Below are positions 22,546 to 33,498 of a stretch of 64,000 nucleotides of DNA, piece by piece. Numbering within the stretch: the stretch's first letter is position 1; every line of letters starts with the position of its first letter. Position numbers and translations under genes: made by a program. The stretch spans positions 124,001 through 188,000 of the forward strand of contig JAANOX010000218.1 in assembly GCA_020184695.1 (NCBI GenBank), in the 5' to 3' direction. Source of the stretch: Histomonas meleagridis 2922-C6/04-290x (Eukaryota > Protista > Parabasalia). The notes beneath the pieces are model-generated. The model worked only from the letters and a program-made list of their open reading frames with translations, was not told where the DNA came from and made no database searches.

Positions 22546-23044
22546 TACTTGACGCCAATCAATAAAAAAAAACTATATTTTTAAATTGAAATTCTTCTAA
22601 ATGATATTTTGGGTTTGAGAATTCTCTTCAAAAACAATGATATATTTTAGTTTAGAGTTAAAAATTGAAGAAACATAATGCTTATATGACTCACTATGAC
22701 TATTTAAGCATGTTATTCATGACGATTATTGTTATATTATTCTCAACAAAACATACATTTACTTGGTGATTTTTCACGAATTAATTCAACAATTTCGACA
22801 TGAGAATTTGTTGCTACCAACTTAAGTGATAATGGATTTATTGATGATGACACAATATATACTTTTTTAGCAAAAATGCATGAGTTAACTATTAATTATT
22901 ACACCAAGTACCAAGGAAAATCTGGCGTACATCAGTGAGATGTAAAAAATTAACTGTTTCCACAATTTGCATTTTTTTTTAAGTACAACGAAACATTTTA
23001 TTAAATATTTTGATGTTAAAATTATTAAAAAATTATTTATCTTT

Positions 23045-24289
23045 TTAGTAAATGCAGCATGAATCGCCGCCTTCTTGTGTATTTTGATTTTGCTTTGGAG
23101 GTTCGCTTTTAGCTTGTGGTTCCATTGTTTTTGCTGGATGATAAGTAACTTCCGGTTTATTATGTTCTTCTTCTTGTGATTCAACTTTTGGAACTTTACT
23201 AGTTTGATACAGATCCTCAACAACAGTACCTGGCGCACACTTTGATATGAATGTCTCGTAGCCGCGTTTTACTTCTTTTGTTTTTGGCCTTTGATGTAAT
23301 TTGGACGGTTTTTCCGGTTTTGACACTTCAACAGTGTGACCGAGATCAATTTCGGGGTTTTCTTCTTCTTCCTCCTCTTCTTCTTCTTCATCTTCAAGAA
23401 GCTTCGAAAAGTCGATTTCATCTTTCACAAGATAATAAAATACATCTTCACGATCAAGATTGTTGATTTGCGTGATAAAAGGATGCTGAAGTAATTCTTC
23501 TGGCGTGGCTCTTTTGGCTGGATTGATGACCATACAACGTGAAACAAAATCTTGGAATTCATCGGATAATGAATTGCCATTACGAAAACCAGGGAACCCA
23601 CGTGAAGAGATCTCAACCATTGCACGCGTTGGTGGGAATTCACAATAAGGTGGACCACCTTCGGCTAATTCAACAGCAGTCGTTCCAACACTCCAAATAT
23701 CGGCTGGGAAACTGTACTTGCGGCCTTCTATGACCTCTGGAGCCATCCAGTATGGAGTTCCAATGATTGACATTGTTGATAATGTTTTGGCGGTTGCATC
23801 AAATTGTCGTGATACACCAAAATCAGTGACTTTGATGTCACCCTTTGAGGTAACTAAAATGTTAGCAGCTTTAATATCTCGATGAATAATTTGTTTCTTA
23901 TGTAATATTTTGAGAGCCATAAGGAGATCATGCATAACAAAAGCAATTTGTTCTTCCGTTAAAACTTCATTTCGGTAATCAATAATATCACGAAGTGATC
24001 CACGATCACAAAGATCCATTAAGATGCATAACTTTCCTTCAAATTTGATCGTACCATAATATTTAATTGTGTATGGAGAAGAAGTTTCCTTTAATACAGA
24101 AATTTCTGATTGTAAGACTTTACTATTTTCATCTTCAACAAATTTTGGATCGATTAACTTTCCTGCAAGTCTTGTTCCTGTTGGCTTGTGAAGAATTTCA
24201 GCGACTATACCGTAACCACCCTTACCAATTTCTCTTACCTTCTCAAATTCCGAAGAAGGTGTTGAAGTGTCAAAGTGAAGAGTTGACAT
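23045..24289 (-). CDS. STE20-family (MST/GCK-like) protein kinase
   Basis: IGKGGYG, HRDIKAAN, DFG, GTPYWMAPE and acidic tract; C-terminal CCIY may be a CaaX/lipidation site. Confidence 0.92.
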   Translation of the reverse strand: MSTLHFDTSTPSSEFEKVREIGKGGYGIVAEILHKPTGTRLAGKLIDPKFVEDENSKVLQSEISVLKETSSPYTIKYYGTIKFEGKLCILMDLCDRGSLRDIIDYRNEVLTEEQIAFVMHDLLMALKILHKKQIIHRDIKAANILVTSKGDIKVTDFGVSRQFDATAKTLSTMSIIGTPYWMAPEVIEGRKYSFPADIWSVGTTAVELAEGGPPYCEFPPTRAMVEISSRGFPGFRNGNSLSDEFQDFVSRCMVINPAKRATPEELLQHPFITQINNLDREDVFYYLVKDEIDFSKLLEDEEEEEEEEEENPEIDLGHTVEVSKPEKPSKLHQRPKTKEVKRGYETFISKCAPGTVVEDLYQTSKVPKVESQEEEHNKPEVTYHPAKTMEPQAKSEPPKQNQNTQEGGDSCCIY

Positions 24290-24454
24290 ATAAAGATTAT
24301 TTCACATAGCATGTCGCAAAAACTCCAGGCTTTGAAATTTGTGAGGTTGTAACGTTTTTATTGAATATCGGGGCAGCCCAATTTTTGACAGTTTGTTTGG
24401 CCAAAAGAAATTTAAGAGGTGATGTGACTAAATACAAAATCAAAAAAATATTTG

Positions 24455-24913
24455 ATGAGAAAAATTACATTAATTACCACAAATAATAAAAAGATTATTC
24501 TTGAAGATCTGCCATTGGAAGTCAGATGTTCAGATATTCTTGAAATCATTCAGAAAAATTCTGAATTAAAGAAATATTCGAAAAATGTTCAGTTAATATC
24601 AAAAGGAAAAATTCTTGAAGAAAAAGACATAATAGAAGGTGATGAAGTTATAATGCAGGAAACACAGATCAACTATTTTCTCGTTTTCTTATACTATTTT
24701 GTGAATTTAATACCGATTTTACTATATGGAAAACATCAAAATTTATTGGAATCACTGACGCTGTTTGTTGTTGGAATGGCTTTATTTTTGCTTGTGAAAA
24801 AGCGAGGATATGATCTTTCTCCAAAAAATTGGAAACTCACAGAAATTGTTATGCTTTTTGTTCATTCAATGGCTCCTTCATTCCGTCTTGAAAATCTTGT
24901 TATTAATCAATAA
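24455..24913 (+). CDS. Ubiquitin-like domain protein with C-terminal membrane segments
   Basis: VQLISKGKILEE fits a UBL motif; two to three hydrophobic segments follow. Confidence 0.55.
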   Translation: MRKITLITTNNKKIILEDLPLEVRCSDILEIIQKNSELKKYSKNVQLISKGKILEEKDIIEGDEVIMQETQINYFLVFLYYFVNLIPILLYGKHQNLLESLTLFVVGMALFLLVKKRGYDLSPKNWKLTEIVMLFVHSMAPSFRLENLVINQ

Positions 24914-24986
24914 AAATGTTGTAAGTAAAGAATTTGTTGAACAATTTTCTGTACTTTTTGAGCCACCCCAAAGTGTAAACGTATTC

Positions 24987-25005
24987 GGCGGTTTGGCCGT
25001 CCTTT
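24987..25005 (+). promoter_or_regulatory. Trichomonad core-promoter motifs M3 (GGCGGTTT, 24987-24994) and M5 (CCTTT, 25001-25005) upstream of RPL34
   Basis: Both match the T. vaginalis M3 and M5 consensus; M5 is known from ribosomal-protein genes. CCTTT ends 5 nt before the ATG at 25011. Confidence 0.5.
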
Positions 25006-25010
25006 TACCA

Positions 25011-25382
25011 ATGGGAGATAACCGATACACACTCCGTAGGAGCAATCCATATCATACACTTCGTAACCGTGTTGTCCCAGTCCGTACACCAGGAAACAGG
25101 CTTGTTGCACACTACATTAAAAAGAGGGTGAAGGGAATGATCTGTGGTGAAACAGGAAAGCCACTTCCAGGTATCAAACACTTGCCAACAAAGAAGCTTG
25201 CCAGACTTCCAAAGCACAAACGCACAGTTTCACGCCCATACGGTGGTGTTTATTGTGCATCTGTAGTTAAAGAAAGAATCATTAATGCTTTCATGGAAGA
25301 AGAAGCCAGAGCAGCTGCTGAAAGAAAGGCCGCAGCTGAAAAAAAGGCAGCTGCTGAAAACAAAGGCAAGAAGGGTAAGTAA
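25011..25382 (+). CDS. RPL34: 60S ribosomal protein L34 (eL34)
   Basis: RYTLRRSNPYHT...VRTPGNRLVAHY...CGETGKPLPGI...KRTVSRPYGGVYC...VKERIINAF. Confidence 0.95.
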   Translation: MGDNRYTLRRSNPYHTLRNRVVPVRTPGNRLVAHYIKKRVKGMICGETGKPLPGIKHLPTKKLARLPKHKRTVSRPYGGVYCASVVKERIINAFMEEEARAAAERKAAAEKKAAAENKGKKGK

Positions 25383-25612
25383 ATGATTTCAGATTTCTTT
25401 ATATTCAATATTCATATTCAAGAAATTACATCCATTGCTTATTGTAGTGGAGTATATTTTTTATTGTTTTACTTTCATAATTTCTACTTAAATGATTTTC
25501 TTTGAAGATAATCATCTTGAGAAGAATGTTTGCTATGCTTATGAGTAGCTTGAGTATAAGCGACTTGGTGAGCGCACTATTTTGCAAAATTCAAATTTAT
25601 TGGAAACAATAT

Positions 25613-25996
25613 TTAATGAAGAAGTTTACAAGCGCTTTGATATTTTTCTGAACCTTCAAGTAAAAGTTCCCTAAGTTCCTCTAAGCTTGTACTTATGCAT
25701 GTTTTAACATTTGCTGCCGCTTCTTTACATTGATCTTCAAATTGATTTCTTTCATCTTGATATGAATTATCAGTTATTTTCATTTCTTTGATTCTACGGA
25801 TAATTTCTAAAAGTGCTCTTGCTTTTTGGTCAATGATCATTGTATGGACATCAAGCTCCAATTTTTGAGCCGAACTTTTCATTTGATCTTCCTTTACGAT
25901 GGTTGAACTTTCCATTAAGCTTTGAAATTCTTTTGCAAGGGATGAAATTGTTGTTAATATTTGTTTTTTGAGTTCATCAGTTTGGTTGGTTTGCAT
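25613..25996 (-). CDS. Probable Mediator subunit 22 (Srb6-like)
   Basis: Size and the C-terminal helix pattern IDQKARALLEIIRRIKEMKI resemble Med22; judged by eye. Confidence 0.45.
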   Translation of the reverse strand: MQTNQTDELKKQILTTISSLAKEFQSLMESSTIVKEDQMKSSAQKLELDVHTMIIDQKARALLEIIRRIKEMKITDNSYQDERNQFEDQCKEAAANVKTCISTSLEELRELLLEGSEKYQSACKLLH

Positions 25997-26245
25997 CCAG
26001 ATATAACGCCACTTTTTAACGGTTATTTAACGATTTCGCTAAACGTGCAAATATTTGCTCACATTCAGTAAAATTTGAAATTCTTATAAACGAAATTTTT
26101 TTGAAATTATTTATTTATCAACTTTCAGATTGCATAAAACATTTATGGAATAATAACTTTATAATTTTGATTATTACTATTTTCTTTTCTCAACCAACAT
26201 ACATTTGTAAGAAAATATAAAAAATTATTTTGACATTTATTATTA

Positions 26246-28786
26246 TTATGTTCTTCTTGACAAGTATATCGCAATTAACTTTTGTTGTCCCTTATTTAAA
26301 TGTGCCGTATGTTTATCCATGATTTCGTCACCCAATTTTGCGTACAGTTCCACGAAAGACAGTACAACTGCCTTTCGAATTTCGGAAGGTTTAGCCTCGA
26401 ACGCCTTTGTCAAAGCAGGGATCAAAGTTGGTACAATTTGGATCAGTAAATCCTTATTTATATTTTGTATTAATTTATTTTGGAAACTTATAGCAGCTCT
26501 TGATATATCTGTATTCTTATCGAATTCGCAAATATGTTTTTGTAATGTAGCGAACAATTCGACTGCGCTTGATTGCTTTACTATTATATTAAAAATCGCG
26601 TCGATTATCATTGAAGAATTACCACGCGCATTTAATAGTAAACCAGAAAATAGTTTATCATAATCATCAACACCTTTCGATAATATAGTTGTATGAATAA
26701 TTGATAATATTCCATCAACTTCTATTTTATTACATAAAGCTTGATTAAGTTCAGTATATAGTTTAGGTCGAATTTGTATCCATTCGTTATCATTATTAAT
26801 ATTAGAAATTAAATTCTCGACTTTCTTAAGCCATGCAATCGGAGAGTTTATATTAAAAATTGGGACTTCGGCCGAAATTTGTCTTAAATGTAATGACGGA
26901 ATATAAGGAGAAATGAATTCTTCAAATTGTTTAAGTTGTTGATCATTAAGTGTTTCAGTAAAATTATATACAGATTTGGAATTAGCTTCATTAACAGATT
27001 CAACAATTTTCGCTGCCGTATGTCGATTCTTAATGTTTCCAATGTTATAGCATTTAAATGAAAGAAGTAAAAGTTTTTGACATATCGAATCATTCGATAA
27101 ATTAATGTTATTTAATGAAATAAGTGATTCAGTAAAGTTAAGTAATGGTATCGATGGCTGTAATGCAACGCATATTAAAAGAAGTGTATTACTGTCAAAA
27201 ACTTTATATAAATCAGAAAGAATCGTTTGAGCTGTTTCAGATGAACGTGGATTACCAAGTTCGATTTGATTAATTAATGTTTCAACTAATGTTGTAAGTA
27301 CAGGTCGAAAGTGTGGTGCATATATTGGAAGAAACTCTTTTAGTATTTCAAGTGCCGTTGATGAAATAGTTGGTAATACATTTGTAATACATGTTAAAAG
27401 ATCTCGTGAGATATATGCCATTGAACTTGCAAGTTCTGTTTTCTTATCTTCATTGATATATTGCTTAAGTAACTCAAGATAATTCTTTTCTTCACCACAT
27501 ACAAGATGTAATGGTTTTCGCTTTTCTGCATTTTGTTGTATTCGACGTAAAGAAGATTCAATGGTTGATCTGAACGATAGGCTATCGTTTGATCGTCTTT
27601 GCGGTTGTACTGAAGATTGGCGTTTTGGTGCTGTGATTCTTGAAATAAAGTTATCATCATTTTCTTCTGTTGTTACATAAGAACGAACATAACGATTACG
27701 CTTTTTTTCTTCAGGTTCTTTTTCTGCTTGATTTGGATGTTGACGATTTGATGGATGGATTTGACCGCGACGACGAGAACTTGGTGGAGGACGCCTATCA
27801 TTCTCTACTTGTTGTCTTTGTATTTCATTAGCTTCTATTTCTTGACGTTTATATTTAATCATCCTTGGTGGATTAGATGCAATATCAGAAGAACTTTCCG
27901 GATTACTTGGTATAACCTGATGTGTTGGCTTTCGTTGAATCTGTGATACTGACGTGCGTTGTTCTTCCTTATTTGGAATCCTAGAAACTTCTTGAAGTTG
28001 ACAATCATTAATCGTACGTTGAGTTCTTGGATCGAGCTTTGAGATGAAATAAGCTGATTTATTTGGATACGCAATCTTATAAGCCTTAGTTGCTTGTCTT
28101 GCAAAAGATCTGGTGTTTAGTGATGGACTATTTAATAATTTGGAAATTGCTGCTTCGAATTTAGAGATTTGTGGAAGAAGAATCTGTGAATCCCAGTTTT
28201 GCATTACTAATAAAAGCGCTTCCGCTGCAACAGCTGTTGCTGTTGAACTCCGTGAATTTGAAAGATCAAGTAATGATTTGAAAATACGACGTGATGGACA
28301 ATATTTAGCAATACAAAGTATGGTAAATTTTGTGCTTTCTGAAATGATTTGTGTTCCATGTGATAATTGTGTGGAAAGAGGAGAAATAAAATCACCAATG
28401 GTATCAAAAGAAGAACCCATTTCTCTTGCAAGTTGAGAAATAAAAAGACAACTTTGCTTAACTAATGCGCTCCTTAAATTTGTTGCACAAGCTACAAGTC
28501 CAATATAAATTTTTGATAATCCTTTTTGGAAAACATCAAATTCTAAAGCATTACCATTGACAACTGCCATCCCATGTTGAATTGCAGAAACTTGTCGATC
28601 CCATTCAACACCTTTAGCAATGTTTGTTTCAAGAAAATTAATTTCGTTTGCTGCCTCGTGAGGAGATCTGAACCGTATTGGCTTCACATCTACACCAGCA
28701 TTTTGGAAAAGTTTTCGTGTTTGTGTTGATAATTCTGCTGTTGTTGGATATGCCCTGGAGACAGAAGAACTCCTCTTAATTCCCAT
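26246..28786 (-). CDS. CLASP-family microtubule-associated HEAT/TOG protein
   Basis: NLRSALVKQSCLFISQLA (CLASP_N), basic Ser/Arg linker, C-terminal SEIRKAVVLSFVELY...QQKLIAIYL. Confidence 0.85.
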   Translation of the reverse strand: MGIKRSSSVSRAYPTTAELSTQTRKLFQNAGVDVKPIRFRSPHEAANEINFLETNIAKGVEWDRQVSAIQHGMAVVNGNALEFDVFQKGLSKIYIGLVACATNLRSALVKQSCLFISQLAREMGSSFDTIGDFISPLSTQLSHGTQIISESTKFTILCIAKYCPSRRIFKSLLDLSNSRSSTATAVAAEALLLVMQNWDSQILLPQISKFEAAISKLLNSPSLNTRSFARQATKAYKIAYPNKSAYFISKLDPRTQRTINDCQLQEVSRIPNKEEQRTSVSQIQRKPTHQVIPSNPESSSDIASNPPRMIKYKRQEIEANEIQRQQVENDRRPPPSSRRRGQIHPSNRQHPNQAEKEPEEKKRNRYVRSYVTTEENDDNFISRITAPKRQSSVQPQRRSNDSLSFRSTIESSLRRIQQNAEKRKPLHLVCGEEKNYLELLKQYINEDKKTELASSMAYISRDLLTCITNVLPTISSTALEILKEFLPIYAPHFRPVLTTLVETLINQIELGNPRSSETAQTILSDLYKVFDSNTLLLICVALQPSIPLLNFTESLISLNNINLSNDSICQKLLLLSFKCYNIGNIKNRHTAAKIVESVNEANSKSVYNFTETLNDQQLKQFEEFISPYIPSLHLRQISAEVPIFNINSPIAWLKKVENLISNINNDNEWIQIRPKLYTELNQALCNKIEVDGILSIIHTTILSKGVDDYDKLFSGLLLNARGNSSMIIDAIFNIIVKQSSAVELFATLQKHICEFDKNTDISRAAISFQNKLIQNINKDLLIQIVPTLIPALTKAFEAKPSEIRKAVVLSFVELYAKLGDEIMDKHTAHLNKGQQKLIAIYLSRRT

Positions 28787-28974
28787 CTGTATTCTGTACG
28801 TTTAAGTTAAATTTAGGTATACCCGAAAACGTTAATTGATTACGATACATCAATGACTTCAAATTCTTCATTTTTGTGCATAAAAGTTATGGACGAAATA
28901 AAAGAAGACTTTTACAATCTCCTAGAGTTTAGCAAATAAGATTATAACTATTATTTATTCAATATTTTATTATT

Positions 28975-29499
28975 TTATGTATTTTCCGGTGTTTCTTTAG
29001 GTGGTGGAAGTTTGACTTCAACTTCTGGCAAAGTCAAATCAATTCTGTTTCTTCTATAGAATTGCCAATATCTGAACTGCCCATTTTCAACATTTATCAG
29101 ATTTTCCAAGTCAGAAATATATGTACGAAAATTTGGTGATTGTAATAATCGCAAAAAATGAATTGCTTGTGGATATTTAAGATATTTAGCATATTCAGGT
29201 CTTTCCCAGTATTGTAAATAACTTAAATAATTTATAAATGCAGGGTCTCCAAAGTAGTTTCTTGATGCAAGCCAATTAATATACCTTGGATTTGCTAGAC
29301 ATTGTACAAATTCGAGTTCTCTTAAAAAACGATTTTTTTCTGGATCATCTTCGTCTTCATCCTTATGAACCTCTGGTTTATTTTTTTCTTCTTCATTTTG
29401 CTCTTCATCTAAGTCGGAAGCATCTGATTCTGAACTACTAATTAATTCGCTTGAGCTTTCGCTTAGATCACTCGAAGACATATATTTTTCACATAACAT
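28975..29499 (-). CDS. MED31: Mediator subunit 31 (SOH1)
   Basis: RFLRELEFVQCLANPRYINWLA...AFINYLSYLQYWERPEYAKYLKYP. Confidence 0.93.
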   Translation of the reverse strand: MLCEKYMSSSDLSESSSELISSSESDASDLDEEQNEEEKNKPEVHKDEDEDDPEKNRFLRELEFVQCLANPRYINWLASRNYFGDPAFINYLSYLQYWERPEYAKYLKYPQAIHFLRLLQSPNFRTYISDLENLINVENGQFRYWQFYRRNRIDLTLPEVEVKLPPPKETPENT

Positions 29500-29591
29500 G
29501 TCATTTATTGACCGTTAATCATTTTTACCAAATTTTTTTTTATATCGGAAATACATTTAATCCATTCCAAATTAAATAACATATCAATAAT

Positions 29592-31016
29592 CTATTTATT
29601 TATTTCCTTTAATTTCTTATCCCAGTTAAACATATTATTTGAGTGCAAAAACAATTCTTCGTTTGGATATATATCTCTCATAGCGAACAAAGCGATTCTA
29701 TGACATTCCAATGAATTCCCACAACAGACGGAAATAGGTATTAAATTTGGATTTACATTCATTTGGATATAACTTGAAACGTTTCCATGTTTTGTTGTAT
29801 CCATTATCAGCATCAAGTTTGCTGGTACATGATATGCATCCAAGAAATGTAATGCTTCAGTGCTATTGTTTGCACCCGAAGAAACTTTAGCTATGAATTC
29901 AGGCATTGATGATATTAATCTGCCCAAATATTCGCATACGAATGTACCGCATGGAATAAATTCAAGTGTTTTAACTCCCCATTTATCTTGTACATCTGTT
30001 CGAAAAACTATCAAATTTATTTTAGATCGGTTTTGTACAACCATATTATTACATGTATTATGATTACATTGACATGTTGGTGAACATTCGAATATGATTG
30101 GAACACATTCTTTTAAATCTTCAATATTAATTCGCCTATCATTATGGTACATAAGTGACATTTTGCCATTCTCCATTTGTCGTTGATGACATTTAGTACA
30201 ATTTTGACAATTAATATTACACGTTGGTGTGGAACTTTCTGGATGGTGGCGAAAAGTGACATCTGACACCCATCGTATTATTGGCGGTTTTGTATCGTCA
30301 AATTCGTTGTAGCATGGAACGTCCTTGAGGCCGTGCTTACGATTGAATCCATTGGAGATGTCAGGTGAGTAGAAACCAGATATGTTACGGATTTTATCAA
30401 TATTTTCTTCTGTGGGTTTGGGGATTTCTCGTCCAAATATAATTTTGGGAGCATTACTTGTAAAATGAATGCAACACCCATTGAAATTGGAGTTTGGTGG
30501 TGGCTTTGGAGGACTCGGAATAAAAATATCCTTCATAAGAAAATATTGTATGATTGTAGGAGGAATGAATGGACGAGATAACTCAAGTATAATCTTACCA
30601 TTTGCTCTGAATTTAATTGTGGTTATAGGGTGATAAACATCTTGAAGAATAGCAAGAATAAGATCAATTTGTGCTTTGGTAAGACCAATTTTGGAATGCT
30701 TAATAAGATCAAGAGGATCGAGATTTGTTATAATAGAAGCTGCGATTATTCCAAAAGGCATATCTTTAAGTGGGATTCTGTGTAAGTTTTTGATAATATT
30801 ATTAACATGAGGAAGATTAGGAAAACATTGTGCATAAGAAGACTGATCTCTCATCGTGACAAAACGTTGGTTGAAAATGGAGTGAATAAATTCATATTGT
30901 ACAATTTCAGGTAAAACCAAAATATCTGATATCAATTCTTCCAACATTTTTGAATTATCAAACCCAAAATCAGCTATCGGTATTGCGTTGGGCAACACAG
31001 AATCAGATTGATTCAT
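29592..31016 (-). CDS. Pre-SET/SET domain protein (Suv39/G9a-like), catalytic motifs degenerate
   Basis: Cys-rich pre-SET (IFECSPTCQCNHNTCNN), KWGVKT, FVCEYLG, IALFAMRDIYPNEEL. Confidence 0.8.
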   Translation of the reverse strand: MNQSDSVLPNAIPIADFGFDNSKMLEELISDILVLPEIVQYEFIHSIFNQRFVTMRDQSSYAQCFPNLPHVNNIIKNLHRIPLKDMPFGIIAASIITNLDPLDLIKHSKIGLTKAQIDLILAILQDVYHPITTIKFRANGKIILELSRPFIPPTIIQYFLMKDIFIPSPPKPPPNSNFNGCCIHFTSNAPKIIFGREIPKPTEENIDKIRNISGFYSPDISNGFNRKHGLKDVPCYNEFDDTKPPIIRWVSDVTFRHHPESSTPTCNINCQNCTKCHQRQMENGKMSLMYHNDRRINIEDLKECVPIIFECSPTCQCNHNTCNNMVVQNRSKINLIVFRTDVQDKWGVKTLEFIPCGTFVCEYLGRLISSMPEFIAKVSSGANNSTEALHFLDAYHVPANLMLIMDTTKHGNVSSYIQMNVNPNLIPISVCCGNSLECHRIALFAMRDIYPNEELFLHSNNMFNWDKKLKEINK

Positions 31017-31106
31017 TTGAAGGATATTACAATGTTTATGGTTACAAAATTCTCTATCTGTACGATAGAACGGTTTGCTTTTGTATGACACATCTCAAAA
31101 GGAAAT

Positions 31107-31760
31107 ATGAGGTCAGTCTTTGCCGAAGAAAAAGATCCAAGCCTATGTCTCATGTATGAGAAAGTTGGCAGTTGTGAGAAAGGAGATCTCTGCAACAAGT
31201 CACATAGGGAATTGCCATTAAGTCGAGCAATAGTATTACATCATATTTTCCCAGACCCTGATATTTTTATTAACGCCCTTCCACAATCTACTATTGAAAT
31301 CGACCAAGAAATGCGAATGCGTCTTGTGAATTCATTTTTCTTAGACGTTGCACAAATGTTAATGCAATTTGGCCAACTCGAAAGCATGGTAATCGTTGGC
31401 AACAAAATAGATCATTTGAACGGCAACGTTCTTGCTTTATTCCATGAGTCTGATGCGGCATATACTGCAAGAGAAGCTCTCAATGGACAATATTATGCTG
31501 GAAGAAGAATCGAAGTAACACTTGCACCAGTCCAAAGAGTATCCTATGCCTTCTGTAGCGAATTTTTAACCAGCCAATGCTCTATGGGCGATAAATGCGG
31601 CTTCATTCACCCGATTGAACCATCAACGCACGTATTTGACCAACTATTTCCAAAAACTATTAAATCGGTTCCAACACAACTACAAAGGGGAAATAAAAAG
31701 AGAATAATAGATAACCCAACTGATGCATTATATGGTCGAACCAAAGTTGTATTCTATTGA
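31107..31760 (+). CDS. U2AF small subunit (U2AF35/U2AF1)-like CCCH-UHM-CCCH protein
   Basis: C-x8-C-x5-C-x3-H fingers flank an RRM (FGQLESMVIVGNKIDHLNGNV...LNGQYYAGR); no RS tail. Confidence 0.85.
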   Translation: MRSVFAEEKDPSLCLMYEKVGSCEKGDLCNKSHRELPLSRAIVLHHIFPDPDIFINALPQSTIEIDQEMRMRLVNSFFLDVAQMLMQFGQLESMVIVGNKIDHLNGNVLALFHESDAAYTAREALNGQYYAGRRIEVTLAPVQRVSYAFCSEFLTSQCSMGDKCGFIHPIEPSTHVFDQLFPKTIKSVPTQLQRGNKKRIIDNPTDALYGRTKVVFY

Positions 31761-31885
31761 AATATCGATGATGAAGCAAATGTTTGAAACCAAAAATAAA
31801 AGCTTGAATTTAGGTCAACGTTTTTATGTTTGAATATTTAAATACAAAAAATTTTCACGATTTTGAGAATTGAAATGAAATCAGA

Positions 31886-32212
31886 TTAATCAAATACAAG
31901 TGGGTTTGTGGTTCGCTTTGGCTCCTTGCCTATCATTTGATTAAGAGTCGCATATGAACTTGTGTTTCCGTTTGCTTTTCTACAATATGGATTTGTACAT
32001 GTTGCTTTAACATCAGAACTAGATGCTAAAAATTTCCCACAGAATGTGCAATAAATACCTTTAGGTTGATTTTGTTCTTCTTTTTGGGAATTTGCTTCAA
32101 TAAATGATTCTGGATACAAATAAAACAACGCTTCTTCATAAGCCGTTGCTTTAGACGTCTGCCAAAAGTCATTATTTGTTTCATCATTACGTTCCAAATC
32201 TGAGCTTGACAT
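31886..32212 (-). CDS. Small hypothetical protein with a C4 zinc-ribbon-like motif
   Basis: CTFC...CTNPYC in a 108-aa ORF. Confidence 0.5.
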   Translation of the reverse strand: MSSSDLERNDETNNDFWQTSKATAYEEALFYLYPESFIEANSQKEEQNQPKGIYCTFCGKFLASSSDVKATCTNPYCRKANGNTSSYATLNQMIGKEPKRTTNPLVFD

Positions 32213-33498
32213 CGAAATAATGAAAAAATAAAACCGTTTATTCTTTTTTTTTCATATCAGAAGAGTATTCCGGTTAATGGTAATATCAAATTACTTAATG
32301 TCAAAAAGCTATTTGGCTTGATCTTACTGTTCATCAGATTTAAGCATTCGTAAGTTTTTAATTTATGCATAAATTATGAATTATACTATCCCAATCAATT
32401 TTTTTACATCTTATTAATATTTTTTGTTTCAAGTTATTTGCATCCATTATTAGAGTTAATTTTCTCTTTGAATGAATATTAACACAATGATTCATGTTAA
32501 ACAAAGTGTGTGTACTTTTTATAAAATAGTTTCAAATAATTATGGAGTAAAATGACATTTTATTTAATTAAATGTTTGTGCAAATAATTGCTTTGATTTT
32601 ATCATCATTCCTTTTTGGTTTGCATAAGACTTTTTATTCTTATGAATATTTTTGCGAATAAATGATTCAAACAATTGTTTTTTCTTATGTGTATGCGTTT
32701 TTTTTGATCAATCCACTTACAAATGGGTTTAGCCGTTTAAAAGAAAAAGTGATGGAACTTTAAAATAAAACCAAATTATCTTCATTAATATACAATATTT
32801 TTTAAATTTTATAAATACATTTGTTTTGTTAATAGATATGTAATTTTATATTGAAATAGTATATTTAGAATTTAGGGGAGAATCAAACTTAGAAAAATTG
32901 ATAACAATCACAGTATCTGCATGTGTAATGATACAAGTTGCATCACACATTTCATTGATTAGATAAAGTGTGTAATTATTTTTATTTATTAATACCTTTT
33001 TTTCAGTAATGTTTTAAGTTCGCAAAATGACAAGGAAAGACAAAAGGCACTGGTAATTGTAGGATCAAAGAAGCTATAATCCATTAATAATATGAATAAT
33101 TATAATAATAACTTTTAATTTGATCTATGTTGATGAAAGTCAGCTGATCGTAACAAATTTTCTACAAATCATCTCTGTTATGGATATATAGGGGAATGAT
33201 TTAAAAACAAATCATTCTCTTTTCTTTTGTTTGTTTCCTGGTCGTCAACTTTTTTCTTTTGACAATATTCAAAACTTAATTCACCTTTCTTTCAAAAATG
33301 AATACGATTGGTCGGAGATTCAATGCCCACACAACCAGACCAAATCTAAAAATATCTTTAAATTTTTTATGTTTTTGTTAAAAATTACCAATGAAATTAA
33401 AGGGACATCACCTTTCGAAAATAATATATGAAAATTTCATCTGAAAAACATGTGTGTATCGAGTTTCAAAATTTCGGGTCTTTTCGCATAACCGCAGC

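Noticed and set aside
24810-25010. N-terminal extension of RPL34 in the ORF track
   Set aside because: It overlaps the upstream gene. eL34 homology begins at ATG 25011, which has promoter motifs directly upstream.
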